DNA from: Prorocentrum cordatum
Taxonomy: Eukaryota
Reading direction: 5' to 3'
Assembly: GCA_963575745.1 (NCBI GenBank)
Contig: CAUYUJ010000004.1
Span: 124,001-188,000 of the forward strand
DNA length: 64,000 bases
Every line of letters starts with the position of its first letter. The stretch's first letter is position 1. A program made the position numbers and the translations under genes. Positions 1-12,580 of this stretch are shown piece after piece. The notes beneath the pieces were generated by a model. It did not search any database, was not told where the DNA came from, and was given only the letters and a program-made list of their open reading frames with translations.

Positions 1-631
1 CAACCGGCGCGGAATGCTATGGACAGACGTGGCTTCCATTCTCGAGTCCTACCACACGTGCCCCGAACATTTCTGGACATGGAGAGCCCGAGCGGTCTCT
101 GAGCGGGGGGTCGGGCGGGCGGCGTGTCTCTCGCGGACAACCAACGCCGCTGCGCCGTAAAAGCCTTCTTCCCCTCTTTCTCCTACCCCCCTCCTTCTCC
201 TCACCCCCCATCCTCCTCCGCATCCCCCTTTTCATTATCCCCCCTCCCCGTCCTGCTCCTCCTTTTCCTCTTCCTTTCTCCCCCTGTTCCTTCACTTTCG
301 CCTCTTCCTCCCCCTCCCCCCTCCCTCCCTGTCTTCTCTTCCCTGCCGCGCCCCCCTCCTCTCTTTCTCGTGCTGCGTGCAGTCATTGTGCGAGACCCGT
401 TGGGTCGGTGCTCTCTATCTCCTCCTCCTCCTCCTCCCCCTCCTCCTCGATCCTCTTTCTCTTCTTCGATCCTCCTCCTCCTCCTCCTCTGGGAAGGGGG
501 CGGGCGGGGAGGATGATGGCGATGAGGATGGAGGAGGATGAAGACATGGAAGGGGCGGGGTCATGGCGGTGTTCGGTAAAGTCGCGGCGGGATCATGGCG
601 AGGTCTTGGTGGGGTCCTGCCTGCTCCCGAG

Positions 632-721
632 GCGGGGACCCACGGCGCCTCGTGATCGGGGGCCTGTCGCAGGGCGTGGCCCTCGCCGTCGACGTGGCGC
701 TGCGGGCGCCCTTCACTGTGG
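632..721 (+). CDS. Exon of a phospholipase/carboxylesterase (Abhydrolase_2, acyl-protein thioesterase-like) gene containing the catalytic Ser elbow
   Basis: Translates GGDPRRLVIGGLSQGVALAVDVALRAPFTV(G), matching the APT/carboxylesterase pattern D-P-x-R-I-V-x-GGFSQG-x-A-L-A. Acceptor ...ctgctcccgAG at 630-631; probable GC donor at 722. Confidence 0.75.
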
Positions 722-740
722 GCGGGCGGGGCCGGCAGGA

Positions 741-774
741 TGTCGTCGTCGTCGGCGTCGCCGTCGTCGTCGCT

Positions 775-836
<62 letters not shown>

Positions 837-1230
837 GGTCGTCGTCGTCATTGCTTCGTCGTCGTGGTCGTCGTCGTCGTCGCTACGTTGTCGTCGTTGC
901 GTCGTCGTCGTCGCCGTCGCCGTCGCTGCGTCGTCATCAACGTCGTTGCTGGGGAAGGAGGAGGATGAGGAGGAGAAAGAGGAGGAGGAGGAGGAGGAGG
1001 AGGAGGAGGAGGAGGAGGAGGAAGAGCAGGAGGAGGAGAAGGAGGAGGAGGAGGAGGATAAGGAAGAATTCGTCGCCGTCGTCGTCATCGTCGTCGTCGC
1101 CGGCGTGGTCGTCGTCATCGTCGTCGATGCTTCGTGAGGAGGAAAATGAGGAGGAGGTCGTCGTTGTCTTCGTCGTCGGGTCGCGGCATTGTCGTCGTGA
1201 TTTTCGTCGTTGTCATCGTCGTCGTCGTTA
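741..1230. repeat. (GTC)n and (GAG)n microsatellites
   Basis: Directly visible triplet runs. Confidence 0.95.
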
Positions 1231-2785
1231 TTGAATTGTCATTCTTGATAAAAGTATTGATCCCCCCTGGTGCCCGCTGCGCTTTTCAATTCAAGTGCTC
1301 CTCCGAAGGGGTCGCACCCTATTTCTCATAAGGGGAAACCTGAAGGGTCAGAAGGGGTCGCGGCAACCGAACTGCAAGAACAAACGCAACAACAACAATT
1401 TTAAGACGGTTCGCTCTTATCTGCTCACGTGCCATTCAACACGTGTGTCCCAAACCCTCGATACCCGCCCTCTTCGTCTTCTATCGTGCCCCTTTGGGAT
1501 ACCTGCCACTGTGCATTTAGCGAAGACAACCTTTTAAACAGGGGAAGACAGGACGGATGGAAGGGGAGGGAGAAGGATGGAGCACGAGAGGAGTTAGCAG
1601 GCGGGGGTCTAGGAGCAGAAAACACGTGACAGAACCAGACGGGCAGATCAGACGGGCAGACCCTAGCGGGCGGGTCGGAAAGGCGGGCCTGGGCGGTCAG
1701 GTCGAGCAGGCGGGTTGCTGAAGCGTGAGTCCTGCACGAATCGCGAGGAGGTCTCGAGCGACAACGCGATTCCCAAGTGAATCGCGAGAGGGCCAAAGCG
1801 AGAGCATGATTCCTGAGTGTCGAGGGCGCGGTGTCTGAATAAATTCAGGAAATCCCGCGCGAGACCGCGATCCTTGCATAAATTCTAAGGGAGCCCCGCG
1901 CGAAAGCGCGACTGTGGAATAACCTGTGAGGAAGTATAAAGAGGGAACTGTTGAATTTTATTTCAAAAGAATAATTCGTGTTGATCCCTCCCTCTGGTAA
2001 CCATGGTAGTTTTCAATTAAATTGCTTCTCCCCGGGCTTGCACCTTGTTGTTTACAAGTGAGAGTGAGGTGTCACCAAACTGTGTTGTTGGGTCCCGGTG
2101 TACCACCGCAACGTCTCCCGCGCGATATTTCCTCACAATGTATTCCCAAATCGCGCTCTCGCGCGGGACGTCCTCACAATTTGTACAAACATCGCGCTCT
2201 CGCGTGGCATTTCCGAGTTGTTTATTCAGACGCCGCGCTCTCGACACTCAGGAGTCACGCTTTCGCTGTGGATTTCCTCGCGATTCATGTGAGAATCGCG
2301 CTATCGCCCGGGACTTCCTCGCGATTCATGCAGGACGCACGCTTCAGCAACCCACCTTCCTTTTTTGTCTGTTCCTTCCATCCGTCTTTTCTTCCCTTGT
2401 AGTAAACAAGGTGCGAGCCCTGGGAGAAACATTCGATTTGAAACATACAATGGTCACCGGAGGGGGGTCAATATTAATATTTTTTGACATGAGATTTCAA
2501 CGGCCCCCGCTTGATATGTCCTGGCAAATTATTCCAAAATCGCGTCCTCGCTCGGGACTTTTTAGAGTTTATGGAGGGTTCGCGCTCTCGCGTGGGACTT
2601 CCTCGCAATTTAGCAATATCTATTTTTCAACAGCGGCTCCCGCGTGGTACTTCCGCCGAATATATTCCAAATCGCGCTCTCGCGTGGGAGTTCCCCACGA
2701 TTCATGTAGGAATCGTGCTCTCGCGTGGGACGTCTCCTTAATTTATTCAGACGCCGCGCCTTTGCCACTCAGCAGTGAAGCTCTC

Positions 2786-2840
<55 letters not shown>

Positions 2841-4735
2841 CCAGTAGTTGCTTGGGAATCGCACCATCGCTCGAGACTTCCTCGAGATTCGTGCAGGCCA
2901 CGCTTCAGCAACCCGCCTGCTCGACCTGGCCGCCCAAGCCCGCCATCCCTACCCGCGTGTGAGGGTCTACCCGCCCGATATGCACGCTCGTTTATACCGC
3001 ATGTTTTCTGTTCCTGGCCCCACTCTTGCTAATTCCTCTCGTGTTCCATCATTTCCCTTTTCCTTCCATCCGTCCTCTCTTCCCCTGTCTCAGGGCCTGC
3101 GTTAAATGCCCGCGGCAAGTAAGGAATATATACCCCCCCCCAATAGGGTACGATCCACGACGAAAAGAGCGGGTACCGATGTTTTGGGATATACGTCTGC
3201 AGTGGCACGCGAGCAGATAGGAACGAATAGTCTGAAAATAATTGTAGTTGTAGTTGTAGTTGTAGTTGTCGCTGGATTATTCTGTCGAAAGAAGAATATT
3301 TGTTGATTTCCCCTTCCGCTAATCATTACATGATTCAATTAAAGTGCTCCTTCCGGGTCTCGTACCATGTTGTTAACAATGTAAAGTGAGGTGCCACCAC
3401 GCAGTGTTGTTTGGGCCCCTGTTTGCAACAGCAACGGCTCCCGCCTGATATTTCCCAACAGTGTCTTCCCAAGGTGCGCTCTCGAGCGGGATTTCCTCAC
3501 ACATTATGCAGGAATCGCGCTCTCGCGTGGGATTCTTGCAATTTAGTCAGCCGCCGCGCCCTCGACACTCAGGAATCATGCTTTCGCTGTGGATTTCCAC
3601 ACGATGTGTTTGGGAATCGCGCCGTCGCCCGAGACTTCCTCGCGATTCATTCAGGACGCACGCTTCGGCAACCCGCCTGCTCGACCTGGCCGCGTGGGCC
3701 CGCCTTCCCTTCCCGCCCGTTATGGTCTACCCGCCCGATCAGCCCATCAGTTTCTGCCATGTGTTTTCTGCCCCTAGTCCTCCTGCTACCCTCTCTCTCT
3801 TTCGTGATCCATCCTCCTCCCTCCCCCTCATCAGGCCTCTCTTCCCTTGCCTTCGGGGCTTGCACGAAATAGACGCTGCAAGTGAGGAGTATTCCCTAGT
3901 GGTATCGATCGAAGACGAAGAAGGCGGGTATCGTTTGGGATATACGTTTTGAATGGCACGCGAGTAGATAAGAACGAACAGTCTTAAAATGATCGTGGTC
4001 TCAGTTTTAAAGAATTATTATTGATGATCTTCCTTCTCTGGTAGCCATTGCATTTTTCAACTAAGGTGTTTGCTTCTCCCGGGGCTCGCACTCTGTCTTT
4101 TACCTGGGAAAGCGAGGGGTCACCAAACTGCGATGTTGGCCTCACCGTGTATTCCCAAGTCGCGCTCTCGCGCGTGACGTCCTCTCAACTGATTCAGGAA
4201 TCGCGCTCTCGCGTGCGATTTCCGAGCCATTTATTCAGACGCCGCGCCATCGACACGCAGGAGTCATGCTCTCGCTGTGAACTTCCTCGCGGTTAAAAAG
4301 GAATTGTTCTATCGTTGGAGACGTCCTCGTGATTCATGCAGAACGCGCGCTTCAGCAACCCGCCTGCTCGACCTGGCCGCGTGGGCCTGCCTTCCCTTCC
4401 CTGCCGTTATGGTCTACCTGCCCGATCTGCCCGTCGGGTTCTGCCACGCGTTTTCTGGTCCTAGTCCCCCTCCTGCTACTCTCTCTGTGTCTCTCTAGTG
4501 ATCCATCCTCCCTCCCCCGTGTCCCTTCCTGCCATCCGTCATCTCGTCCCCTGCCTTAGGGGCTGCACGAAATACAACGTTGCAGGCAAGAAGGATATAT
4601 ACCCCCAAAGGGGTACGATCGAACACGACGAGGGCCGGTATCGATGGTGCGAGATGTACGTATTGAGTGGCCCGCGAGCAGATAAGAGCGAACAATATTG
4701 ACATGATTGTTGTTGGTGCTGTCGTTTTTGTTGTT
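1230..4735. mobile_element. Cluster of about 6 full or partial copies of dispersed repeat family A (SINE-like, ~0.6-0.75 kb, bounded by (GTT)n/(CAA)n), in both orientations
   Basis: Recurring blocks CGCGCTCTCGCGTGGGACTTCCTC, GCTTCAGCAACCCGCCTGCTCGACCTGG and GAGCAGATAAGAGCGAACAGTCTTAAAATGATT(GTT)n. Further copies at ~9840-10500 with 11590-11760, 13540-14290, 15285-16245, 17660-18240 and 18410-18890. Confidence 0.8.
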
Positions 4736-5144
4736 GACGAAGCCATTCGCCGGCGGCCCCCCCTGGCGCAACGCAGCGCAACGCACCGGACCTCCCCTCC
4801 CCAGGCGCAACGCAATGAAACGCAACGAAACGGACGCAGGGAAGAAGGAATGTAGCAGGAGAGGGAGGAGGAGCAGCAGCAGGATGAGGAGGATGAGGAG
4901 GAAGAGGAGGAGGAAAACTTAGCCATTGTGGTGTTCCTGTGCGTCCCTGTCGTCGTCGCTATCGCCCTCTCTGTCTCCCTGTCTGTCTGTCTGCCGCCGC
5001 CGCAAACGACGACGACGACAACGTAAAAAATCACGACGACGATGACAACGACCTTGCGGTTCTTTTGGCGGTGCCGAGGCCGTCTTGGGCAAGGGGGATG
5101 AGGAATGTGAGGGATGTGATTATTGCTATTACTACTTCTTGATA

Positions 5145-5835
5145 ATAAGCAACAACCACAACAACAACTACTAGTACTAGTACTAGTACTAGTACTAGTA
5201 CTAGTACTAGTACTAGTACTACTACTACTACTACTACGACTACTACTACTACGACGACTACTAGTACTACTACTACCATTACTACTACTACTACTACTAC
5301 TATTATTACTACTACTACAACTACTACTACTACTACTACCACTACTACTACTACTACTACTACGACGACGGCTACTACTACTTGTGCCATTATTATTACT
5401 ACTACTACTTTTACCACCACTACTACTACTACTACTATTACTACTACTACTACTACTACCACTATTTACTAGTTGGTGCTACTACTACTACTACTACTAC
5501 TACTATTACTACTACTACCACTACGACTACAACTATTACTGCTAATACTACTTCTACCACTACCACTACAACGACTGTCACTACTACTACTACTACTACT
5601 ACCACTATTACTACAACTACTACTACTATTACAACTACTACTACTACTACTGCTACTACTACTCCTACTACTACTACGACTACTACTACTACTACTACTA
5701 CTACTACCACTGTTAATTCAAGTACTACCGCTACTACTACTACTCCTGCGACTTCTGCTACAGCTATTACTATTCTGCCACTACTACTGCTACTACTACT
5801 AGCACTACTACTACTACTACTACTACTTCTACTAT

Positions 5836-5877
<42 letters not shown>

Positions 5878-6015
5878 GACTACTACTGTTACTACGACTA
5901 CTATTATTATTACTACTACTACTACTACCACTACTACTACTACTACTACAATCATAACCACCACGACTACTACTACGACGACGACGACTACTATTAGTAC
6001 GACCACCACCAGCAC

Positions 6016-6047
<32 letters not shown>

Positions 6048-6163
6048 GCTAGTATTATTGCTACTGCTAGCACTCCTTCTATTACGACTGAAACTGCTAC
6101 TATTAATATTATTTGTATACGTGCTACCACTACTACTGCGACTACTACGACGACGACGACGAC

Positions 6164-6194
<31 letters not shown>

Positions 6195-6195
6195 G

Positions 6196-6227
<32 letters not shown>

Positions 6228-6935
6228 GACTACTGCTACCATCACCACTATTATTATTACAACTGCTACTACCTACCTACCAGCCTACTTACCCCACCTA
6301 CCTACCTAACCACCTACCTACCTACTATTATCATTATTCTTGTTTACTACTTCTACCCCTGCGAAGACCATAGCTGTTACTGCTACAACTTCCACGACTT
6401 CCACTACAAGGAGCACCACGATTATTACTACTACTACTACTACTACTACTACTCCTATTGCTACTACTGCTGCTGCTACTACTACTACTACTACTACCAC
6501 TGCTACCCTTATTAATACCATTACGTGTAATTCGCTGTACGATTCCTACAACAACAGCAACCACAACAACAAGAACTACTACTACGACTACTACTGCAAC
6601 CACGTGCTACTACGCACAACGAAGTACTACGACGCACTTCGTACTACGTACCTCGTACCGTATTACGTACTGCGTACGAGATATGACGTTCCACGCACTC
6701 GTATTAGAACTACTACTAGTACTTCTGTTGCCACTACTATTATAGCTAATACAATTATTATTACTACGGGCGCTACTTCTAGGAATATTGGCCCTACTAT
6801 AGCTGCTATTTCCACCACTACTACTACTACTACTCCTACTACTACTACGACGATTAAGATTGCGACTACGACGGCGTCGACGACGACGACGACTATTACT
6901 ACTACTGCTACCACTACTACTACTGCTATCACTAG

Positions 6936-6969
<34 letters not shown>

Positions 6970-7468
6970 GCTACTAGTACAACTACTACTAGTACTCGTA
7001 CTACTACGACCACTCGTTCTACTACTACTACTACTACTACTATTATTACTACTACTACTATTACTACTTCTACTCCTACTACTACTGCTACTACTAATAC
7101 TACTACTACTACCAGTATTACATTACTACTGCTACTACTACTACTACTACTACTACTACGAGCACTGCTGCTTTTACAATGGCTAATATTCGGTACGATG
7201 ATTATTTTTATTTTTATTGTATTGCACTTATTTGTACTACCGCAATTATTTCTCTTATTACTCCTACTACTACTCCGACTACCATTATCAACGCTATTTT
7301 TTTTAGTGCTACTATTCTTAGTATTTCTACTGCTACTGCTACTGCTACTACCACTCCTACTACGACTACTACTATTGCGATGTTTTCTCGTATCTCTATC
7401 TCTACGACTACTACTACTACTACTACTGCTACTACTACTACTACGACGACTACTACTACTACTACTAG

Positions 7469-7530
<62 letters not shown>

Positions 7531-7545
7531 TACGTTTCGTAGTAT
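5145..7545. repeat. Degenerate (CTA)n microsatellite, ~2.4 kb
   Basis: Direct observation. Confidence 0.95.
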
Positions 7546-7564
7546 TACTGTGAGTATTGCTGCT

Positions 7565-9620
7565 GGCTTCCTAGGGGTCCCTGTGGATTTCGAAGGGAGT
7601 ACTAAGGATTCCCTTCTAATTTTCAGGGTTCTGTAAGGCTTTAGAAAGAGCTCCTAGGGTGTCCGAAGGACCCCCTACGGATTCCAAAGGATTCCTCAGG
7701 GACTCCTCAAGATTCCCTGGGGATTCTTCCGGATTCCCTCAGGATCCCTCAGGACCCCCTAAGGATGCCCGCAGGATTCCCTAGGGTGTCCGAAGGATTC
7801 CCCCGGGATTCAAAAGGATTCCTGTGGGATTCCTGAAGGTTCCTTACGGATTCCAGAGGATTCCCAAGAACTTGTCAGGTTGCCCTTAGGATCCCCGAAG
7901 GATTCCTTTGGGAGCCCCTTAGTGTTGGGGCTTCCTGAGGGAATGCTAGAGATCCCTTAAGGATTCCCTAGGGAGCCCGAAGGATTTTCTTGGAATTCCT
8001 GGGGGTTGCCGAAGGATTCTTTGGAATTCCGGAAGATGTCCTAGGGAGTCGTAAGGATTCTTGAGGAAGTGCTATGGCTTCTTTACGGAGTGGTCAGGAT
8101 TCTTTGAGGATTGCCAAAGATTCTTCAGGCTTCCCAGAGGCTCCGTAAGGATCCCTGAGGGACTCTTCAGAATTCCTTAAGGTTTCCAGAGGGATCCGCA
8201 AGGATTTCCTGAGGATTCCGAAGGATTCCCAAGCGAGTCCCAAGGGTGCCTTAGGGAGTGCTCACGATTCCGCAGAGAGTGCGAAGGATTCCCTGAGGAT
8301 CCCCTTGGGATTCCTGAGGATGTCCTAGGTATTCCTCCGGATTCCCTGGGGATTTGTAAGGATCCCCGGAGGATGCCCCAAGGATTCCCTCGGGAGTCCC
8401 TGGGCCTTCCGAAGGATTCCCTGGGGAGTCCTATGGATTCTTCAGGGTGTGCTAAGGATTCTGAGGAAGTGCTAGAGATTCCTGAAGGATTCCCTAGGGA
8501 GCCTTATGGATTCTCTGGGGACTCCTTGGGATTCCCAAGGGATTCCTTGGGATTCCGGAAGATGTCCTAGGGAGTCTGAAGGATTTTTGAGTGATTGCTA
8601 TGGATTTTTCAGGGAGTGCTCAGGATTCCTGGAGGATCCCCCATGGATTGTTTCATGATTTCCAAAGGATCCGTGCGGATCCCTGAGGGGCCCCTAGGGA
8701 TTCCGTATGGTTTCCAGAGGGACCCGCAAGGATTTCCCAAGGCTTCTTGAGGATGCCTCAGGGAGTGCTCACGATTTCGCAGAGAGTGCTAAGGATTCCC
8801 GAAGGATTTCCTTGGGATTCTGGATGATGTCTTAGGTAACCCTCAGGATTCCGCAGGGATGCCCGAGAGATTCGTAAAGATTTGTTCCAGGGATTCCATT
8901 GGGAGTGTCAAGAATTTCGTAGGGGGTGCGAAGGATTTCGCAGGGAGTGGTAAAGATCCCGCAGGGAATTTTAAGGATTGCATAGGGAGTGCTTTGGATC
9001 CCGTAGGGGAGCGCGAAGGATTCCGAAGGGAGTGCTAAGGTTTCCGTAGGGAGTGCTGAAGATCCCGTAGGGACTGCTAAGGATTCCGTAGGGAGTGCTC
9101 AGGATTTCGCTGGGAGTGCTAAGGATTTCGCAGGGAGTTCGAAAGATTCCGTAGGGAGTGCTAAGGATTCCGCAGGGGGTGCTAAAGAATCCGAAGGGGG
9201 TGCCCCGGATTCCGCAGGGAAACCCAAGGATTCTTCAAGGATGGCAGGAGTCCGTCGGGAGTGCTACGGATTCCTGAAGGAGTGTTAAGGATGCCCGAAG
9301 GATTCCGTAGGGATTCCTAAGAAGATATAAGGGACTCCCTAATAACGGACTCCCTAGGGATTCCGAAGGCTTCCCTAGGATCCCCCAAATGTCCCAAAGG
9401 ATCCTCAAGGATTCCTTCGGGATTCCCAAGGATTCCCCCAAAAATCCCAATGATTCCCTAGGGATTCATTCGGGATTCCTCAGGATTCCCTAGGGATTCC
9501 TTCGGGATTCCGAAGGGTTTCCTGGAGATTTCCTAAGGATTTCGAAAGATGTCTCAAGTAGTCCGAAGGATTCTTCAGGATCCCCAAGGATCCCTAAGGA
9601 TCCCCTATGGATTCCCGATA
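7565..9620. repeat. Degenerate GGATTCC/GGATCCC-based satellite (second block at 19060-19520)
   Basis: Dense recurrence of (A)GGATTCC(C) and GGGAGTGCT motifs. Confidence 0.9.
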
Positions 9621-10514
9621 GAGGGGTATCCAGCCCCCGCCCCCGCCGCAACGCAACGCAACGCAACCAAAGCTGCACCGGCAGCTGTGTTGCGTTGCGT
9701 TGCGTTGCGCGGGGGGGGGTCCGGGTACACCAGTGATATGTTTCACCACGTGGAGCGAAAGGGCGCATTGGATGACCCGGTCCGGGTACCCCAGCAGTTC
9801 GTTTTGCCTTGTTGTGATATTTTTTCACGATTCATTCCTGGAGGTCATCTTTCGTGCTCTATCCTTTTCCTTCCCCCACTCATCCTCTTTTCCCGTGTTT
9901 GAGGGGCTGCGCTAAATGTGCGTGGCAAGTAAGGAAGATATACCCCCGACGGGTTCGGTCGAAGACGCAGAAGGCGGGTATCGAGGGTTTGGGATGTACG
10001 TGTTGAGTGGCGCGCGATCAAGTAAGAGCGAACAGTCTTACAATGATTGAACTTTCACTTCTGAAGAATAGTTATTGTTGATCCCCCCCACCTGTGCATA
10101 TTGTTGTTTCTCAATCAAAATGTGCCCCTCGACGCTCGCACCGTGTTTTTTGACAGGGAAGGTATTCCTGCTCAAACTGGCCCCCTGGCCCCCGGGTTAC
10201 AACAACAACGGCTCCCGCTTGAGACCTCCTCGCAATTTAGCCAGGACCCCTGTTCCCGCCCGAGACTTCCTCACATGTTATTCAAGAATCGGGCTCTCGC
10301 TTGGGACTTCTTTACAATTATCTAGGAATCGCTCCCGGCGCTCTGGAGTCGCGCTGTCGCTGGAGACTTGCTTGCGATTTAATGGCGAATAGCGCCCTTG
10401 CGTTGGAATTTCTTGCAATTTACTCAAGCGCCGCGCTCCCGACACCCAGGCACCCAGGTGTCGTTCACGCTTAGGACTCCCTCACAGATTACCTAGGAAT
10501 CGGGATCTCGCTGC

Positions 10515-11350
10515 CCATCGTGGCCTCGTTGCAGCCCTTTGTGGCCCCCTCGCTTTCTTTCGTGGCCCCGTTGCAGCCCTTCGTGGCCCCCTCGCTTTGT
10601 TTGGTGGCCCCGTTGCAGCCCTTCGTGGCCCCCTCGCTTTGTTTCGTGGCCCCGTTGCAGCCCTTCGTGGTCCCCTCGCTGCCCCTCGTGGCCCCGTTGC
10701 AGCCCTTCGTGGCCCCATTGCAGCCCTTCGGGGTCTCCTCGCTGCCCTTCGTGGCCCCATATATGTATGCCCTTCGTGGCCCCCGCTCGTTCGCGCCCGT
10801 GTTGGCCCCATATGCATGCCCTTCGTGGCCCCGCTGTCGCCGTTCGTGGCCCCTTCGCTGCCCTTCGTGGCCCCGTTGCTGCCCTCGGTGGCCCCGTCCT
10901 TGCCCTCCGCGGCCCAACATACGTGTGCCCTTCGTGGCCCCCGCTCGTTCGCGCCCGTTGTGGCCCCATGTGCATGCCCTTCGTGGCCCCGCTGTCGCCG
11001 TTTGTGGCTCCCTCATTGTCCTACGTGGCCCAGTTGCTACCCTTAGTGGCCCCATCGTTGCCTTCTGTGGCCCCGCATTGTCTGCCCTTCGTGGCCCCCG
11101 CTCGTTCGCGCCCGTTGTGGCCCCATGTGCATGCCCTTCGTGGCCCCGCTGTCGCCGTTTGTGGTTCCCTCACTGTCCTACGTGGCCCAGTTGCTACCCT
11201 TAGTGGCCCCATCGTTGCCTTCTGTGGCCCCGCATTGTCTGCCCTTCGTGGCCCCCGCTCCTTCGCGCTTTTCGTGGCCCCGTACGCATTCCCTTCGTGT
11301 CCCCGCTGTCGCCCTTCGTGGCCTACTTCGTGTCCTTCGTGGCCCTGCTG
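10515..11350. repeat. CCCTTCGTGGCCCC minisatellite with a ~157-bp internal tandem duplication
   Basis: Core motif repeated dozens of times; block ~10926-11082 is repeated at ~11083-11240. Confidence 0.9.
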
Positions 11351-11376
11351 TCGTTCTCTCTCGCTCTCGCTTTCTC

Positions 11377-11408
<32 letters not shown>

Positions 11409-11757
11409 GCCATCGTCGTCGACGTCGTCGTCGTCGTCGTTGGTGTCGTCGTCGTCGGTCCCCTGTCCGTCCCTCTTGGGGTCGGGTCGACGGTCCGCGG
11501 CCGCCCCGCCGATCAGCGCTGCCGCTGGCCAAGCCGACGGTCCGCGGCCGCCCCGCCGCTTGCCGGGGCCCGGCCTGCAGGGAAGAAAGGTCTACCACCC
11601 AAAAATGGTTCGATCGAAGATGAAGAAGGCGGGTATCGAGGGTTTGGGAAATACTTGTTATTGGACACTCGAGCAGATAAGGGCGAACAGTCTTAAAATG
11701 ATTGTTGTTGTTGTTGTTGTTGTTGCTGCTTTTGTTGTTATTGTTGTTGTTGTTGTT

Positions 11758-12517
11758 GAACATTATTAATTCTAAAGAATAATTATTGTTGGGACCCCTG
11801 GTGCGGCCCCCCTGCGCCGCCTAGGCCGCAGCTACATTTTCATCATTTTCGTGAGGAAGCCTCAGGTAATTCGATGTGATCAAGATCCGGTTGTTTTGTT
11901 CCCCCCCGCTTTCCCTTGCAAAAAACACTATAAAATGACATTTCTTGTTCTAATATAATCAAATTTCAAGAATCCCTTGCAAAAAATAAGGTAAAGTGGA
12001 CATTCGCGCGCGCAAGACGAAATCCTTCCAAAACCTTAGTGTTCGCAGCGATTTTAACATAAAAACATCAAAAAACCAATGGTTTTTCAACAAAAAAATT
12101 GTCAAAATCTCATCCCGCGCGCTCTTGCGGATTCGTAGGAAACCCAACACTTTTTAAACATTTCTGTCAAACGGGCTTTTGCGAGCAACTTTTTCGAACT
12201 TCTGCGACAACGGTTGCGCACCTGCCAGGGCCATCATCCCTGTCAAATAATACCATGCGGGACACATTCGTTTTTTCTTCGCGCGCGCACGCCGTCGTCG
12301 TCGGCCGCGGGGCCCTGAATAGTAGCCACGGTCGTCCGCATGCCACGAAGTGAAGTGTCCGAACGTCATAGGGCGGGAAGCTGGGTGTGGGTGGTGGCGA
12401 AGAGTCGTTTGGAAATTTGGTAGAGCTTGAACCGGCCCCCCCACAAAGTGGGGGTATTGCCCGCCTCCTATGAAAACCCTGGCACTGGTGAGAACGGAGT
12501 GTCCCCACGTGCTAGTA

Positions 12518-12580
<63 letters not shown>

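Noticed and set aside
2787..2840. T54 run as the poly(A) tail of a retrocopy
   Set aside because: It lies at a position that is a short T-rich stretch in other family A copies, so it is better explained as a homopolymer expansion.
5031..7553. Poly-Thr/Leu/Val/Tyr mucin-like ORFs (also 38338-40252 and 49126-51721)
   Set aside because: (CTA)n/(TAG)n microsatellite artefacts.
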